From a virus (Duplodnaviria > Caudoviricetes), in IMG/VR virus record IMGVR_UViG_3300013368_000005, positions 1 to 64,000 of that record: DNA of 64,000 bases, one strand, 5' to 3'. Positions within the stretch are counted from its first letter, which is position 1, and each line of letters opens with the position of its first letter. A program made the position numbers and the translations under genes. The notes beneath the pieces are model-generated. The model was not told the origin of the DNA. It did not search any database and saw only the letters and a list, made by a program, of their open reading frames with translations. This document shows, piece by piece, positions 32,401 through 41,441 of this stretch.

Positions 32401-33919
32401 AGATCCTACATGTTCAGATTTATCTTCATTAAATGCATTAACAGAAGCAGAAGCTATAAATGCTGTATCTACTAAAGGTTTATCAGGAATGAACTCAGAT
32501 AGAAGTTATAGTCTAGATAAACGTACGTATGACGAATCTATGATAAACGTATTAGCATTGTCAACAGGATTTGCAGGAAATGTTGGTATAACCAGACAGT
32601 CTACAATAGATATGAATATTGAAGGTAAAAGAGGATATATTAAAGTAGATCCAGATCCAAATAAATTAAGTGTAACTAAAACATTTGCAGTTACTGAAGC
32701 TTTGACCCCTTATGGAACCACAAGAGATGACCCATTCAGATCTGCTATGACGTTTATACAAACATCTAAACATGGTATGAGAATACAGGAAGGCACACCA
32801 TTATTGATAACAAATGGTGCAGATCAAGCTTTACCATATATTGGTTCTAATACTTTCTCATTTAAAGCAAAACAAAATGGAAAGGTAATAGAAAAAACAG
32901 ATGATTACGTGATCGTTGAGTATTCCAATGGACAACACGATTTTGTAGATTTAAGAAGTACAATTAAGAAAAACTCTAATGGTGGATTCTTTATTACTAT
33001 TAAACTTGATACGGATTTAAAACTAGGCTCCGTAGTAAAAAAAGATCAAATTTTAGCATATGATAAATTATCTTTTTCTGATAAAATAGGGGATGGCTCT
33101 AATATAGCTTATAATTTAGGATGTCTCACCAAAATAGCTATCCTTAATACTGATGAAGGATTTGAAGATAGTGCTATTATATCAGAATATTTATCAAACG
33201 CTATGGCTTCGGAAGTCGTAGTAAAGAAAGAAGTTGTATTACCTAAAAATACTAATATATATAACATGGTCAAGAAAGGACAACCAATTCAAGAAGGTGA
33301 TCCTTTACTAATATTCCAAAATGCGTTTGAAGAAGACGATGTAAATACTCTATTAAAGAATTTAGTAGATGATGAGAAGGAGATATCAGACTTAGGAAGG
33401 ATACGTTTAAAATCTAAAATTACTGGATTTGTAGAAGATATTAAAGTATATAGAACAGTAGAAAAAGATGAGTTATCAGATTCTTTAAGAAAGACAGTAA
33501 ATGAATTAGAAAAACCTAATAATAATATTAAAAAATCTATGGCTAAGTATTCTGATTTAAATTCTAATGTAATACAATCTACTGATAAACTAGAAGCTAC
33601 AGGAAAATTAAAAAATGCTAAAGATGGAGTATTAATAGAATTTTATTTAAAATATTTAGATCAAATGTCTATAGGAGATAAATTAATCTATTATTCTGCA
33701 TTAAAAGGTGTAACTAAAACTATTTTCCCTTTAGATAAAGAGCCACATACTGATTTTAGACCAAAAGAAAAAATACATTCGTTATTATCAATGGGTTCTG
33801 TTTCAGGACGTATGGTGTGTAGTATTAAGCTTAACTTAGGTTTAAATAAAGTATTAGTAGAAATGGATAGAAAAATTAAAGATAAACTTGGAATTAAATG
33901 GACAAATTTAGATGAATAG
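29414..33919 (+). CDS. phage multisubunit RNA polymerase beta-like subunit (probably virion RNAP)
   Basis: FDVPKF..FMLLRGND, RSAMTFIQTSKH, GFEDSAIIS, IGDKL...LKGV, SGRM; long N-terminal extension; late promoter AACA-ATCTAT-TA near 29378. Confidence 0.85.
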   Translation: MIFLDELNYMMLYKKKFHLPINEKDKRKGSAIFLLTPNFESSIKIINNPLLVNNRYFESYYIEKSVTYYITSEGYVIDVSDASFKNVLNENRLITNTELILSEASDEVLNDPKRYVRSLKLKMNRPKYKLNQLSDKERNDVGITKDNSGSPNNVSGPQMPNPQIPQLPPKPVITENAEYFGSTYKDYMIEQDFIRYKIDEEGNSLMTVFSEGSNAVFNQKLQRLLYKERLKTNADVIEIYNRVRDLCPFITKTFIDINKYKSRNVFIDLSYYNQTFFNNNIYKKDLAVNLYFELMDRFIRDTRISDDIYNKKTVFVPLLDWISDSKQSLDFNYSINPLSIIYRLLRKNSTELKKWDGIDFVFLTDYGYFKIDFGKIDKKDMFKITLLIEKILSKEPIQDLDNNKESTKSIIANIVSKIEDSQKIKVDNLTGKSGEIDKDELVHKIEKAAAVSTDTDETLNELDNDDYMKRIIDTLAAEEEGNIKINAARASRMNALQQDFLGKSLKGTTVRDMIDPKNSDKELPVTSLKIDTVNEEWKDLKYVNFEKTYNIDEDIMLILNSFSKKSMPLSVRNIKVEDTSTSEDLIETYIVNMEDSNGQRFTVKFDVPKFRDNKFMLLRGNDKTINGQSMLLPIIKTDEDTVQIVSNRNKIFIRRFGTTSGKSLPSVDRIMKTFKKYDGNKIKISLGDNTKICSKYELPIDYIDLASVYNKIETSNTIYYFNQDEIREKYNNYDKTKIPIGVLKNGKQDLIYLSDYSISPFSSTLATDLRVSDTKFADIYDKTSLSTRYTYSKASILNTQIPLIVIMGYNEGLIKSLNKANIHYTIQEKRPSINKDVSDMIKFKDGYLLYDLDYNSSLLLNGLKECNTEDYSISEINNKSMYLDFLDLFGGRILADGLDNFWDTMIDPMTEDVLRKYKLPTDYIEILAYANMLLSDNKYFKHTDYRSKRYRSNEIVAGYLYKALAEAYGDYVRDVRRGKKATLTMKQSKVIDNVLLDPTCSDLSSLNALTEAEAINAVSTKGLSGMNSDRSYSLDKRTYDESMINVLALSTGFAGNVGITRQSTIDMNIEGKRGYIKVDPDPNKLSVTKTFAVTEALTPYGTTRDDPFRSAMTFIQTSKHGMRIQEGTPLLITNGADQALPYIGSNTFSFKAKQNGKVIEKTDDYVIVEYSNGQHDFVDLRSTIKKNSNGGFFITIKLDTDLKLGSVVKKDQILAYDKLSFSDKIGDGSNIAYNLGCLTKIAILNTDEGFEDSAIISEYLSNAMASEVVVKKEVVLPKNTNIYNMVKKGQPIQEGDPLLIFQNAFEEDDVNTLLKNLVDDEKEISDLGRIRLKSKITGFVEDIKVYRTVEKDELSDSLRKTVNELEKPNNNIKKSMAKYSDLNSNVIQSTDKLEATGKLKNAKDGVLIEFYLKYLDQMSIGDKLIYYSALKGVTKTIFPLDKEPHTDFRPKEKIHSLLSMGSVSGRMVCSIKLNLGLNKVLVEMDRKIKDKLGIKWTNLDE

Positions 33920-33931
33920 ACAAAAAAAAAT

Positions 33932-33958
33932 AAAGAAGATGCATTATGCATCTTCTTT
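33932..33958. terminator. bidirectional terminator
   Basis: AAAGAAGATGCA-tta-TGCATCTTCTTT flanked by A and T tracts. Confidence 0.8.
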
Positions 33959-33971
33959 TTACTTTAACAAA

Positions 33972-34250
33972 TTATTTTGCTACTTGATTTAAATCTTCAC
34001 TATAATAATTATATACTAATTGTAATGTTTTCTTTTCTTTATCTCTAGCAATTTTATCTAATTTAACATTTGCCATAACGTTTAATATTATTTCTATTCC
34101 AAGTATAGCTAAGAATACTACTATTGTTTTAATAGATATATATTCATGTCTAATAAAGTCTCCGAATGAATCTGCTAATACCCAGAATATAAACATAGTT
34201 GTTATAGCTATAACTTTCCCTGTTAAATTTCTAAACTTTCTTATTGACAT
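33972..34250 (-). CDS. small membrane protein with two predicted TM helices (early)
   Basis: two hydrophobic stretches; ATG 34250 with SD GAGAGGATGG; early motif at 34326-34333. Confidence 0.65.
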   Translation of the reverse strand: MSIRKFRNLTGKVIAITTMFIFWVLADSFGDFIRHEYISIKTIVVFLAILGIEIILNVMANVKLDKIARDKEKKTLQLVYNYYSEDLNQVAK

Positions 34251-34352
34251 ATTAATCCATCCTCTCAAAATAAGTTTTATAATTTTATATTAAATAAAGA
34301 TAACTTATAACTTTATTCTATTAATATAATATATAACTTATTTTATTAACTT

Positions 34353-35660
34353 TTACATATCTTCTTCTATAGTATACTCTTCTAGTACTTCATCCACAGA
34401 TTCTTCTTCTGGATTTTGAATATTATAGTATACAGGTTCTAAATAACTGATCATTTCTTTTATAGGCATTTCCGAAATGTTTATAAAATCATCCCTCAGT
34501 GATAATGCTAATATCCTTACCTCTGCCTGTGCTGCACTATCAGTTCTGAGTTCTAAAAACTTAATGAAACTTTTAAATGTAAATGTCATATATAAAGATG
34601 TAGTGCTATTATTAGGCAAATATGCTCTTGCATCTTCTTTTAATAATGCCTTATTTTCTGTTAATTGAGGATATATATTCATCATAATATCACCCAATTC
34701 TTGAAGCGTAAACATTTTGTATGATTTAGCAGAAGTGGCTGGGATATCAAAAGATATTTTATATTTCTTTGTGTTATCATATTTCTCAGGTTTAAATTTA
34801 CCAGGTGAATTAAATTTAAATTCACCTGAAGAATAATCTACATATCTTTGTGATAATTGAGTTATTCCAACCCTGTGTCTTGTTAATTGTTGAGATATTA
34901 TTCTAGATACATCTTTTATTAAAATAGTAATTGAACACATGCTAAGAATATCCCTTTTTGTGAATATATCTGGAATTACATCTCTTATTTTATATAACGG
35001 ATCAGCATTCAATATATTATAACTATCTCTTATTAATGGTTCAAATCTTTGGGTTATACCTAATTCTCTCTCCGAAGGTTCTATAGAAATTTTACTTTGT
35101 AATTCCCCTTCATTTAGTATCCAATCATCTGGTTCTGTATCCAATGGAAATTTCCTCTGATCCATTATACCAGCTTCTATAAAGTCCATAAAATAACAAC
35201 TACTTGTACCATATAATAAATTTAATATTTCCCTGGATATTTTATTTTCTGCGTTCTGTATTTCCCTAAAGATATGTTTGTATGCCCTAATACTCCCTCC
35301 TATTAAAAGATATCCTATACCGTCTTTTTCCTTATATTTAGTTTCCAGATATCTGCATACATCTAATACTTCAACTAAATCTTCAGACATATCTTTAGAA
35401 AATTCCAATAGCATAACAATATTAGAATGTTCTAAAATAGATTCATGTCCTGATTTTAATCTAGTAGCTATATATTTAGCTTTATTTTCATAAGTGTCTT
35501 TATTATCCTTATTATAACATATTTTGCATGCATCATGTACTAAATTTACATGATCATTCATATGTATAATAGCACCTTTTACTATTCCTGTTAGTTTACT
35601 CTCCTCTTTATTTTTATTAAAAATCCTATTAAATATTGCTTTGATATTATTTTTATTCAT
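34353..35660 (-). CDS. thyX: FAD-dependent thymidylate synthase, elongated
   Basis: GHESILEH; VSRIISQQLTRHR...LSQRYV; EDARAYLP; LRTDSAAQAEVR. Confidence 0.85.
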   Translation of the reverse strand: MNKNNIKAIFNRIFNKNKEESKLTGIVKGAIIHMNDHVNLVHDACKICYNKDNKDTYENKAKYIATRLKSGHESILEHSNIVMLLEFSKDMSEDLVEVLDVCRYLETKYKEKDGIGYLLIGGSIRAYKHIFREIQNAENKISREILNLLYGTSSCYFMDFIEAGIMDQRKFPLDTEPDDWILNEGELQSKISIEPSERELGITQRFEPLIRDSYNILNADPLYKIRDVIPDIFTKRDILSMCSITILIKDVSRIISQQLTRHRVGITQLSQRYVDYSSGEFKFNSPGKFKPEKYDNTKKYKISFDIPATSAKSYKMFTLQELGDIMMNIYPQLTENKALLKEDARAYLPNNSTTSLYMTFTFKSFIKFLELRTDSAAQAEVRILALSLRDDFINISEMPIKEMISYLEPVYYNIQNPEEESVDEVLEEYTIEEDM

Positions 35661-35710
35661 TATCCTTACCTCCAAATTATTTATATTTATTATAAAGTTA
35701 CATAGACAGT

Positions 35711-35795
35711 AAAAAGGTAGTACAACTATGTGTACTACCTTTTTGGCAACTTGCGATTTAAATTTAATATAAATGTAGACGGGGTAATATTATTT
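35711..35795 (-). ncRNA. candidate late small RNA (about 85 nt)
   Basis: AACA-ATATAA-TA at 35806-35795 reading into terminator AAAAAGGTAGTACA-catagt-TGTACTACCTTTTT; no ORF. Confidence 0.4.
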
Positions 35796-35816
35796 ATTAT
35801 ATTGTTATTTGATTAA

Positions 35817-36626
35817 TTATTTAAATATGTTATTATATTCACATATTGTTAAAATGTCATTAAAAATTTCTTCTTCTGTTCTAATACTATTATTATCAGT
35901 ACATTTTACTACTTCATAACCCATAATATCTATTACTGTTTTTGAACTTTCTTCTACTAATTTCATAAAATTATAATTATTTTCATGTTCATCTTTCTTA
36001 CCATTAGTTTTCAATTTTCTTTTTTGCATCAATTCATAAGAGATGTCTATAGGCATATCCATAAATATACATAAATCTTCTTTTGGAAGGTCTAAGTGGA
36101 AATATTCAACCTTACAAATATTTTGAATAAAATCATGTTCATTATACTCCTTCTTGAAGATATTATAATCCATTTTATAATATTTATCATACTCTGGTAC
36201 TTTTTCATAATCTAATTTATAAAGATCAGTCTCTATACCATATAGCATTCGTCTATAATTATAAACATGTTTTGCTATTTCTTTAACTTTTGCAGTCTGA
36301 AATGTTAAATTTGAACCTATATATCTATCAAATATAATATACCATCCTTTTTCTAATAATTTATTTATTTCTAATTTAATTATAGAGTCCATTCTGTCTA
36401 AAGAATAGCAGTATGAAGCTTTATATGGATCAATATAAGATGCATTTCCATATGCCCCTGCTAAATACTCTTTTATAAAAAATGAAGATGGTGAATGATA
36501 ATTTGGAAATGAAAAATGTAATACTTTATTAGTTATATTACTATTTATATAGTGTTCTAATTTAATTGAATTTGTTTCTTTGAAGGAATAATCTAATCCC
36601 TCGAATACTATTAATTTACCTTTCAT
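35817..36626 (-). CDS. tmk: thymidylate kinase-like dNMP kinase with divergent P-loop
   Basis: GKLIVFEGLDYSFKET, FSFP, IFDRY; late promoter AACA-ATAAAG-TA. Confidence 0.75.
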   Translation of the reverse strand: MKGKLIVFEGLDYSFKETNSIKLEHYINSNITNKVLHFSFPNYHSPSSFFIKEYLAGAYGNASYIDPYKASYCYSLDRMDSIIKLEINKLLEKGWYIIFDRYIGSNLTFQTAKVKEIAKHVYNYRRMLYGIETDLYKLDYEKVPEYDKYYKMDYNIFKKEYNEHDFIQNICKVEYFHLDLPKEDLCIFMDMPIDISYELMQKRKLKTNGKKDEHENNYNFMKLVEESSKTVIDIMGYEVVKCTDNNSIRTEEEIFNDILTICEYNNIFK

Positions 36627-36734
36627 AGTTAAATCCCCCTTTTGGTTTTAAATAATTACTTTATTGTTTTACTATGAATAAAAAATAAAAAAAAATAAAG
36701 ATAGGTTCCAAGCCTATCTTTAATCTTTCTATTT

Positions 36735-37370
36735 TTACAGATATAGAAAATTCGATCCTTTATAACTATTTTTATAATATAAAGGCATTATTGTAATCTT
36801 TCTATCTGATTCTTTATCATTCATTTGTATGATGGTATCTCGTGCTTCACAGATGTCTACATTATTTTTAAAATCTATTTTAAAAATATCTAGTATATCA
36901 TTATTCACATATTCTATAGTTAATGCGGATTGGGCTAATTCAATTTTTGTTATTAACCAATCTCTTCCTGTACTTATTCCACGTGAACGTATATCAACAT
37001 ATACTTTATTATTATCTTTAGGCATTATTACTTTGAGTATATAATAATATGCAAAAGAAGCTTTAATTTCTGCACTTGATAATTCTGTTGAAAAATTATC
37101 TCTATTTATTTCAAATCTAGATAGTGCATATTTTTTATGAGATAATAGTGATGATAATAACGATAAAAACATATATTTATTAGTATCATTAGAATTATCA
37201 TTTATATCTTGTAACATATGTTCTAATTTGCCTAAAATACTTTTTATCTCTAAATCTGTTATATTATCATGATCTAAAGTACTAGAGATAGATATATATC
37301 CGTTTATAAAATCACTTATTTTATCTAAATCATATTCCCTTTCATCATAATGCAATTTGTTGTTATTCAT
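36735..37370 (-). CDS. early hypothetical protein (YxxxxYD/N paralog family)
   Basis: ATG 37370 with SD GAAGGGTGG; early motif at 37432-37439; terminator at 36696-36722. Confidence 0.65.
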   Translation of the reverse strand: MNNNKLHYDEREYDLDKISDFINGYISISSTLDHDNITDLEIKSILGKLEHMLQDINDNSNDTNKYMFLSLLSSLLSHKKYALSRFEINRDNFSTELSSAEIKASFAYYYILKVIMPKDNNKVYVDIRSRGISTGRDWLITKIELAQSALTIEYVNNDILDIFKIDFKNNVDICEARDTIIQMNDKESDRKITIMPLYYKNSYKGSNFLYL

Positions 37371-37473
37371 AAATATTGCCACCCTTCAATAAAAAATTAT
37401 ATATTTGAAATAGAATATCCTATTCTAATATATAATATATAATTTAGATATCGTAATTTAGCAATGTATATTT

Positions 37474-37782
37474 TTAATCTATTATTATCTTCTTTATATT
37501 TAAACTTTTCTTAAGTTGTTCTAATTCATCGTCTGGTATTATAAAATTAGATTCCTTATATTCACCGAATATTATATCTTTAGGAACATAGAAAAGTTTT
37601 ACGTGCAATATATTATCTTCTATATGTACTTTCTTAATACTTTTATTTTCTAAAACTGTTATAATTTCAGATACTTGCTCTCCTAAAACATTTTGATGTT
37701 CATTAATTGTCATTATATACCCTGTGCAAAAAGATACTAAAGCACATACGACAATAATAACTATAATTAATTTTTTTTTCAT
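37474..37782 (-). CDS. small protein with N-terminal signal/TM helix
   Basis: MKKKLIIVIIVVCALVSFC; late promoter AACA-AAATAA-TA. Confidence 0.7.
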   Translation of the reverse strand: MKKKLIIVIIVVCALVSFCTGYIMTINEHQNVLGEQVSEIITVLENKSIKKVHIEDNILHVKLFYVPKDIIFGEYKESNFIIPDDELEQLKKSLNIKKIIID

Positions 37783-37916
37783 ATTTTTTCCTCCTTTTAG
37801 ATATTATTATTTTGTTTTATGCCTTTTATTAAATAACCAAATTACCATTATTTTATAAATTTGGTTATTATAAAAAATAAACTAGAGGTTAGCCTCTAGT
37901 TTAGATTATTTGATAT

Positions 37917-38375
37917 TTATTTTATTTCATATACTATATATTCGTTCTCTTTAATTAAATTTATTTTCTGTTCAATTGCTAAATTTTCTAAATTATTTAA
38001 TGTTACACAATTTTTACATTTCATTTTATTATCTTCTTTATCTAATACAAGATATTCTTTATTATCACATTCGCATTGTCCATTCAACAACATTTTTAAT
38101 ATTCCATCCAAATCATCAAAGTTTTTATTAAATTCTTCTGTTTGCATGTCATAAAATTTATATTTCTTTTCATTTTCTCTTTGTTTACGACTTCCATAAT
38201 AATATTCACTATCATGAGCTATAGCATAAGTAGTGCCTTTATTGTCGTAATATAGTTCTATATTTCCTACATCAGCGGATGTAGAACCAATGATTTCTAA
38301 ATCATTTATCAATGTACCTAATTCTTCTACTTCCATCCCGTCTATTTCTCTAAATACACCTATTAATTTTTCCAT
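37917..38375 (-). CDS. early hypothetical protein with a Cys cluster
   Basis: likely start ATG 38375 (GGGAGAGATTAATTATG); early motif at 38410-38417; CEC...CKNC. Confidence 0.7.
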   Translation of the reverse strand: MEKLIGVFREIDGMEVEELGTLINDLEIIGSTSADVGNIELYYDNKGTTYAIAHDSEYYYGSRKQRENEKKYKFYDMQTEEFNKNFDDLDGILKMLLNGQCECDNKEYLVLDKEDNKMKCKNCVTLNNLENLAIEQKINLIKENEYIVYEIK

Positions 38376-38451
38376 AATTAATCTCTCCCTTTTATTTTTA
38401 TTCAATATTATAATATATAATTATAAATATATTTATCCTATCTGCTTATAA

Positions 38452-39111
38452 TTATATATTTCCATTATGATATACACTAGTACAAGAACAAGATATAATT
38501 TTACTATTTTGAGAGTATAAAATTATATCTGAAGGATCAGAAATACAAATGCAAATTATTTGATTATCAATCTTTTTGTGTATAGTTATTTTCTCAGTAA
38601 TTGATATTATATTGTCTTCTGTTGATATATTAATTGAATAAGGTGTTGTACCTGGTATATTATCATGTATAATAATTACAATAGATTTTTTGTCTGGTGA
38701 TACTACATATTCTATTCTTGGAGCTAATGAAAATGAAAAATAATTATATTTATATAAATCACCTATATTGTGTACTATAGTTAAAAAATGATCTTTTTTA
38801 CCATTAATGCGTATAAACTTATCTATTATAGCTATTATATCTTCAGCACGTTTCGATAATATCATTTCTATATTAAATTTACTATTCATACTTTGCATGA
38901 CTAATTCTATATTCATCATCAATCCTTTACATAATTCACTATCATTTTCTAACTCTGAAAAGTTATTTTCATACATACATAATTGTTTGTATATATTTTT
39001 TATTAGTAAAACGCCAAAGGTTCCTTCCCATTCTATAATACTATCTTTTAGAAAATCCTTTATTATATTATAATTATATTCTTTTCCTTGATAGCTTATT
39101 ACTTTTTCCAT
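38452..39111 (-). CDS. hypothetical protein (paralog family)
   Basis: ISYQGKEYNY; SD AAGGAG. Confidence 0.7.
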   Translation of the reverse strand: MEKVISYQGKEYNYNIIKDFLKDSIIEWEGTFGVLLIKNIYKQLCMYENNFSELENDSELCKGLMMNIELVMQSMNSKFNIEMILSKRAEDIIAIIDKFIRINGKKDHFLTIVHNIGDLYKYNYFSFSLAPRIEYVVSPDKKSIVIIIHDNIPGTTPYSINISTEDNIISITEKITIHKKIDNQIICICISDPSDIILYSQNSKIISCSCTSVYHNGNI

Positions 39112-39135
39112 AATTAAATCTCTCCTTTTTATTTT

Positions 39136-39762
39136 CTATATAAGTTCCATATCTAATTTAATAGTGCATGTAGATAATTCATTTTCATAATACTCTTCCA
39201 GTAACTTTTCTATTGTCATTGGTATTATTTTAACTTGAAATTTATCTGAGATTATTTCAAGTATATCATCAGTTATTTCAATTCTAGAATTGAAAAACGA
39301 TATATTAACAATCCTCTGTGCAGAAAATTGATTTCTACTGAATAATGATATAAAATTATTTATATCAATGTCTATCATTGGAGATATAAATAATTTATAA
39401 CTAGTTGAATCTTTTGTTGTATATCGTATAAATAAACATTTACCATCTAAATGTTGCTTATGGTTACTTATCTTAAGATAATTATTTTCTTCCTCATTAT
39501 AAATACAAGAATCTATGTCTACATTATTAGAAACTCTATTTAAAGAATTTATTATTGTATTCATATATGCATTTATCATTATTTCATCACCTTTGATTAT
39601 ATCAAAATTATGAAGTCTTATAAATTTAATTATAGCATTTATGTTATTTTCGGTTTGTTGATGTTCGAATCTCCAATCTATTTTTTCTAAATCCTCTATC
39701 AATTTGTTTAAGTCATAATTCTTTCCTTTATAATTTATTATTTGTAATTTTGGTTTCTCCAT
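39136..39762 (-). CDS. hypothetical protein (paralog family)
   Basis: INYKGKNYDL; GGAGAGATTAATTATG. Confidence 0.7.
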   Translation of the reverse strand: MEKPKLQIINYKGKNYDLNKLIEDLEKIDWRFEHQQTENNINAIIKFIRLHNFDIIKGDEIMINAYMNTIINSLNRVSNNVDIDSCIYNEEENNYLKISNHKQHLDGKCLFIRYTTKDSTSYKLFISPMIDIDINNFISLFSRNQFSAQRIVNISFFNSRIEITDDILEIISDKFQVKIIPMTIEKLLEEYYENELSTCTIKLDMELI

Positions 39763-39782
39763 AATTAATCTCTCCTTTTATT

Positions 39783-40280
39783 TTAAAAATAAAATTTACC
39801 TTTATCTCTCATTAAATTTAATTTATTTATATATTTAACACTATGACTATATTGTCTTTGCAGTAGTTTTAATTCGCCTTTAATTTGATTATAATAAACC
39901 CTCATATCTTTTCTACTACCTTTAGGTAATGAATTTAATATTTTATATATTTCAAATTCATTTATCATTTTTTCTTTTATTAATATAGCCTTTATTTTTG
40001 CTTGTTCTTTCTGAATTAAAACTGTATAAGTTAAGAAATATAAAATATTTGCTATTTCGTCTTTTACAAATATTTTATATTTAATCATAAAAATTTGTTT
40101 CTTTCTATTTTTACACCATACAATAATATAATTTCCTTTTTCATTATACTCATAATGGATAGCATTTTTTGAATGATGTTTATCATTCAAATCTATCCAG
40201 AATGTTTTTACGATATGTGGTTTATAATTTTGTAAAGTATCAAATAATACTTTAAAATCAGATATGTTTCCATCAACCAT
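39783..40280 (-). CDS. hypothetical protein
   Basis: GGAGAGATTAATTATG start signature. Confidence 0.7.
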   Translation of the reverse strand: MVDGNISDFKVLFDTLQNYKPHIVKTFWIDLNDKHHSKNAIHYEYNEKGNYIIVWCKNRKKQIFMIKYKIFVKDEIANILYFLTYTVLIQKEQAKIKAILIKEKMINEFEIYKILNSLPKGSRKDMRVYYNQIKGELKLLQRQYSHSVKYINKLNLMRDKGKFYF

Positions 40281-40355
40281 AATTAATCTCTCCTTTTTTA
40301 TTTTTTAGAAATGTATTAGAAGATTAGAAATAATCTAATCTTCTTTTTAAATAAA

Positions 40356-40492
40356 TTAAAATCTCACGAAGTGAGATTTATCAGCCTCCCCTTCATGTCT
40401 TCTAAAACATGAATAATTTACATTTATATTGTATTTATAATAATGAATTATAAATTAATTCAATGTTTTATACTTTGTAAAAATGTACAAGC
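40356..40492 (-). repeat. left copy of a ~140-bp inverted repeat (late promoter + structured RNA)
   Basis: reverse complement shares GCTTGTACATTTTTACAAAGTAYAAAACATT and AAATCTCACTTCGTGAGATTTT with 42071-42216. Confidence 0.85.
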
Positions 40493-40496
40493 TCCC

Positions 40497-41288
40497 TTAT
40501 TTATAAAAGTCCATAGAGAAGACATAGCAATCTTCTCTATCTACAAGAACATAATCGTTCATAGATATCAGTACTCTATTTTCGTCAAATAATAACTTAC
40601 GTATTATATTATTTAATATTTGGCTATTAGTATTAAATTCACCATGAAGTTTTAAATACTCAAATGTATTTGGTTCTATATTGCTTTTTATTATTATATT
40701 AAACGATTCTTTCATAGCAGTTATAGCATCATCATCTGTAAATAATAAATCAGTAACCTTTCTAATATAAAAGTTTTCAATAGTTTCTTCCTCATATATA
40801 ATTGTATCTATATCTAATTTAGTCATAGGTTTTTTTATGTATAACCTATCTGAATCCATTAATGTCGTTAAAAGATTAGTATTATCATCCATATATTTTA
40901 ATGCTAAATTATATGCTATATTTTTTATATCTGCATTATTTTTTTGTCTATCATATTTATAATTTAAAAAGTATAATCCAGATATAATCTCGTTTATTAT
41001 AATTGATTTAATTAAAATCATTTTTTCATATTCGCTATGAATATTATGTGCATGATCAATAATATTATTTATATCTATTACTATAGTATTTACAAATATA
41101 CATGATAAATTTTTACACATATCATAATCTTTTTCATTAAATAATAGCTGTATTGGAATTGCTATATTTAATTCGTCCTTCACTGTTCTAAATACCTTTT
41201 GTGCTAATATTTTTAAATTGAACATAATATCCTCGTTCAATTTAAGTCTAGTTGCCTTTTCATGCTTAAGTTTAATAATGTTATTCAT
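40497..41288 (-). CDS. early hypothetical protein
   Basis: 263 aa; early motif at 41329-41336. Confidence 0.7.
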   Translation of the reverse strand: MNNIIKLKHEKATRLKLNEDIMFNLKILAQKVFRTVKDELNIAIPIQLLFNEKDYDMCKNLSCIFVNTIVIDINNIIDHAHNIHSEYEKMILIKSIIINEIISGLYFLNYKYDRQKNNADIKNIAYNLALKYMDDNTNLLTTLMDSDRLYIKKPMTKLDIDTIIYEEETIENFYIRKVTDLLFTDDDAITAMKESFNIIIKSNIEPNTFEYLKLHGEFNTNSQILNNIIRKLLFDENRVLISMNDYVLVDREDCYVFSMDFYK

Positions 41289-41441
41289 TTGTAATCCCCC
41301 TCAAAAATATATTTTTTTATTCAATATTATAATATATCATTGTATTATGCTTTACCATTTTTTCTATGTTCCTAGAAAAATGGTTATAATTATATATTAT
41401 AGTAATGAATAAATATAGAAAATATTAAAGGAGAGATTAAT

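Noticed and set aside
29414-33919. Group I introns or inteins in the RNAP genes (introns occur in AR9)
   Set aside because: Continuous ORFs; no intein splice-junction or homing-endonuclease motifs recognised
33972-34250. Holin
   Set aside because: Two TM helices, but early-type promoter and no adjacent endolysin
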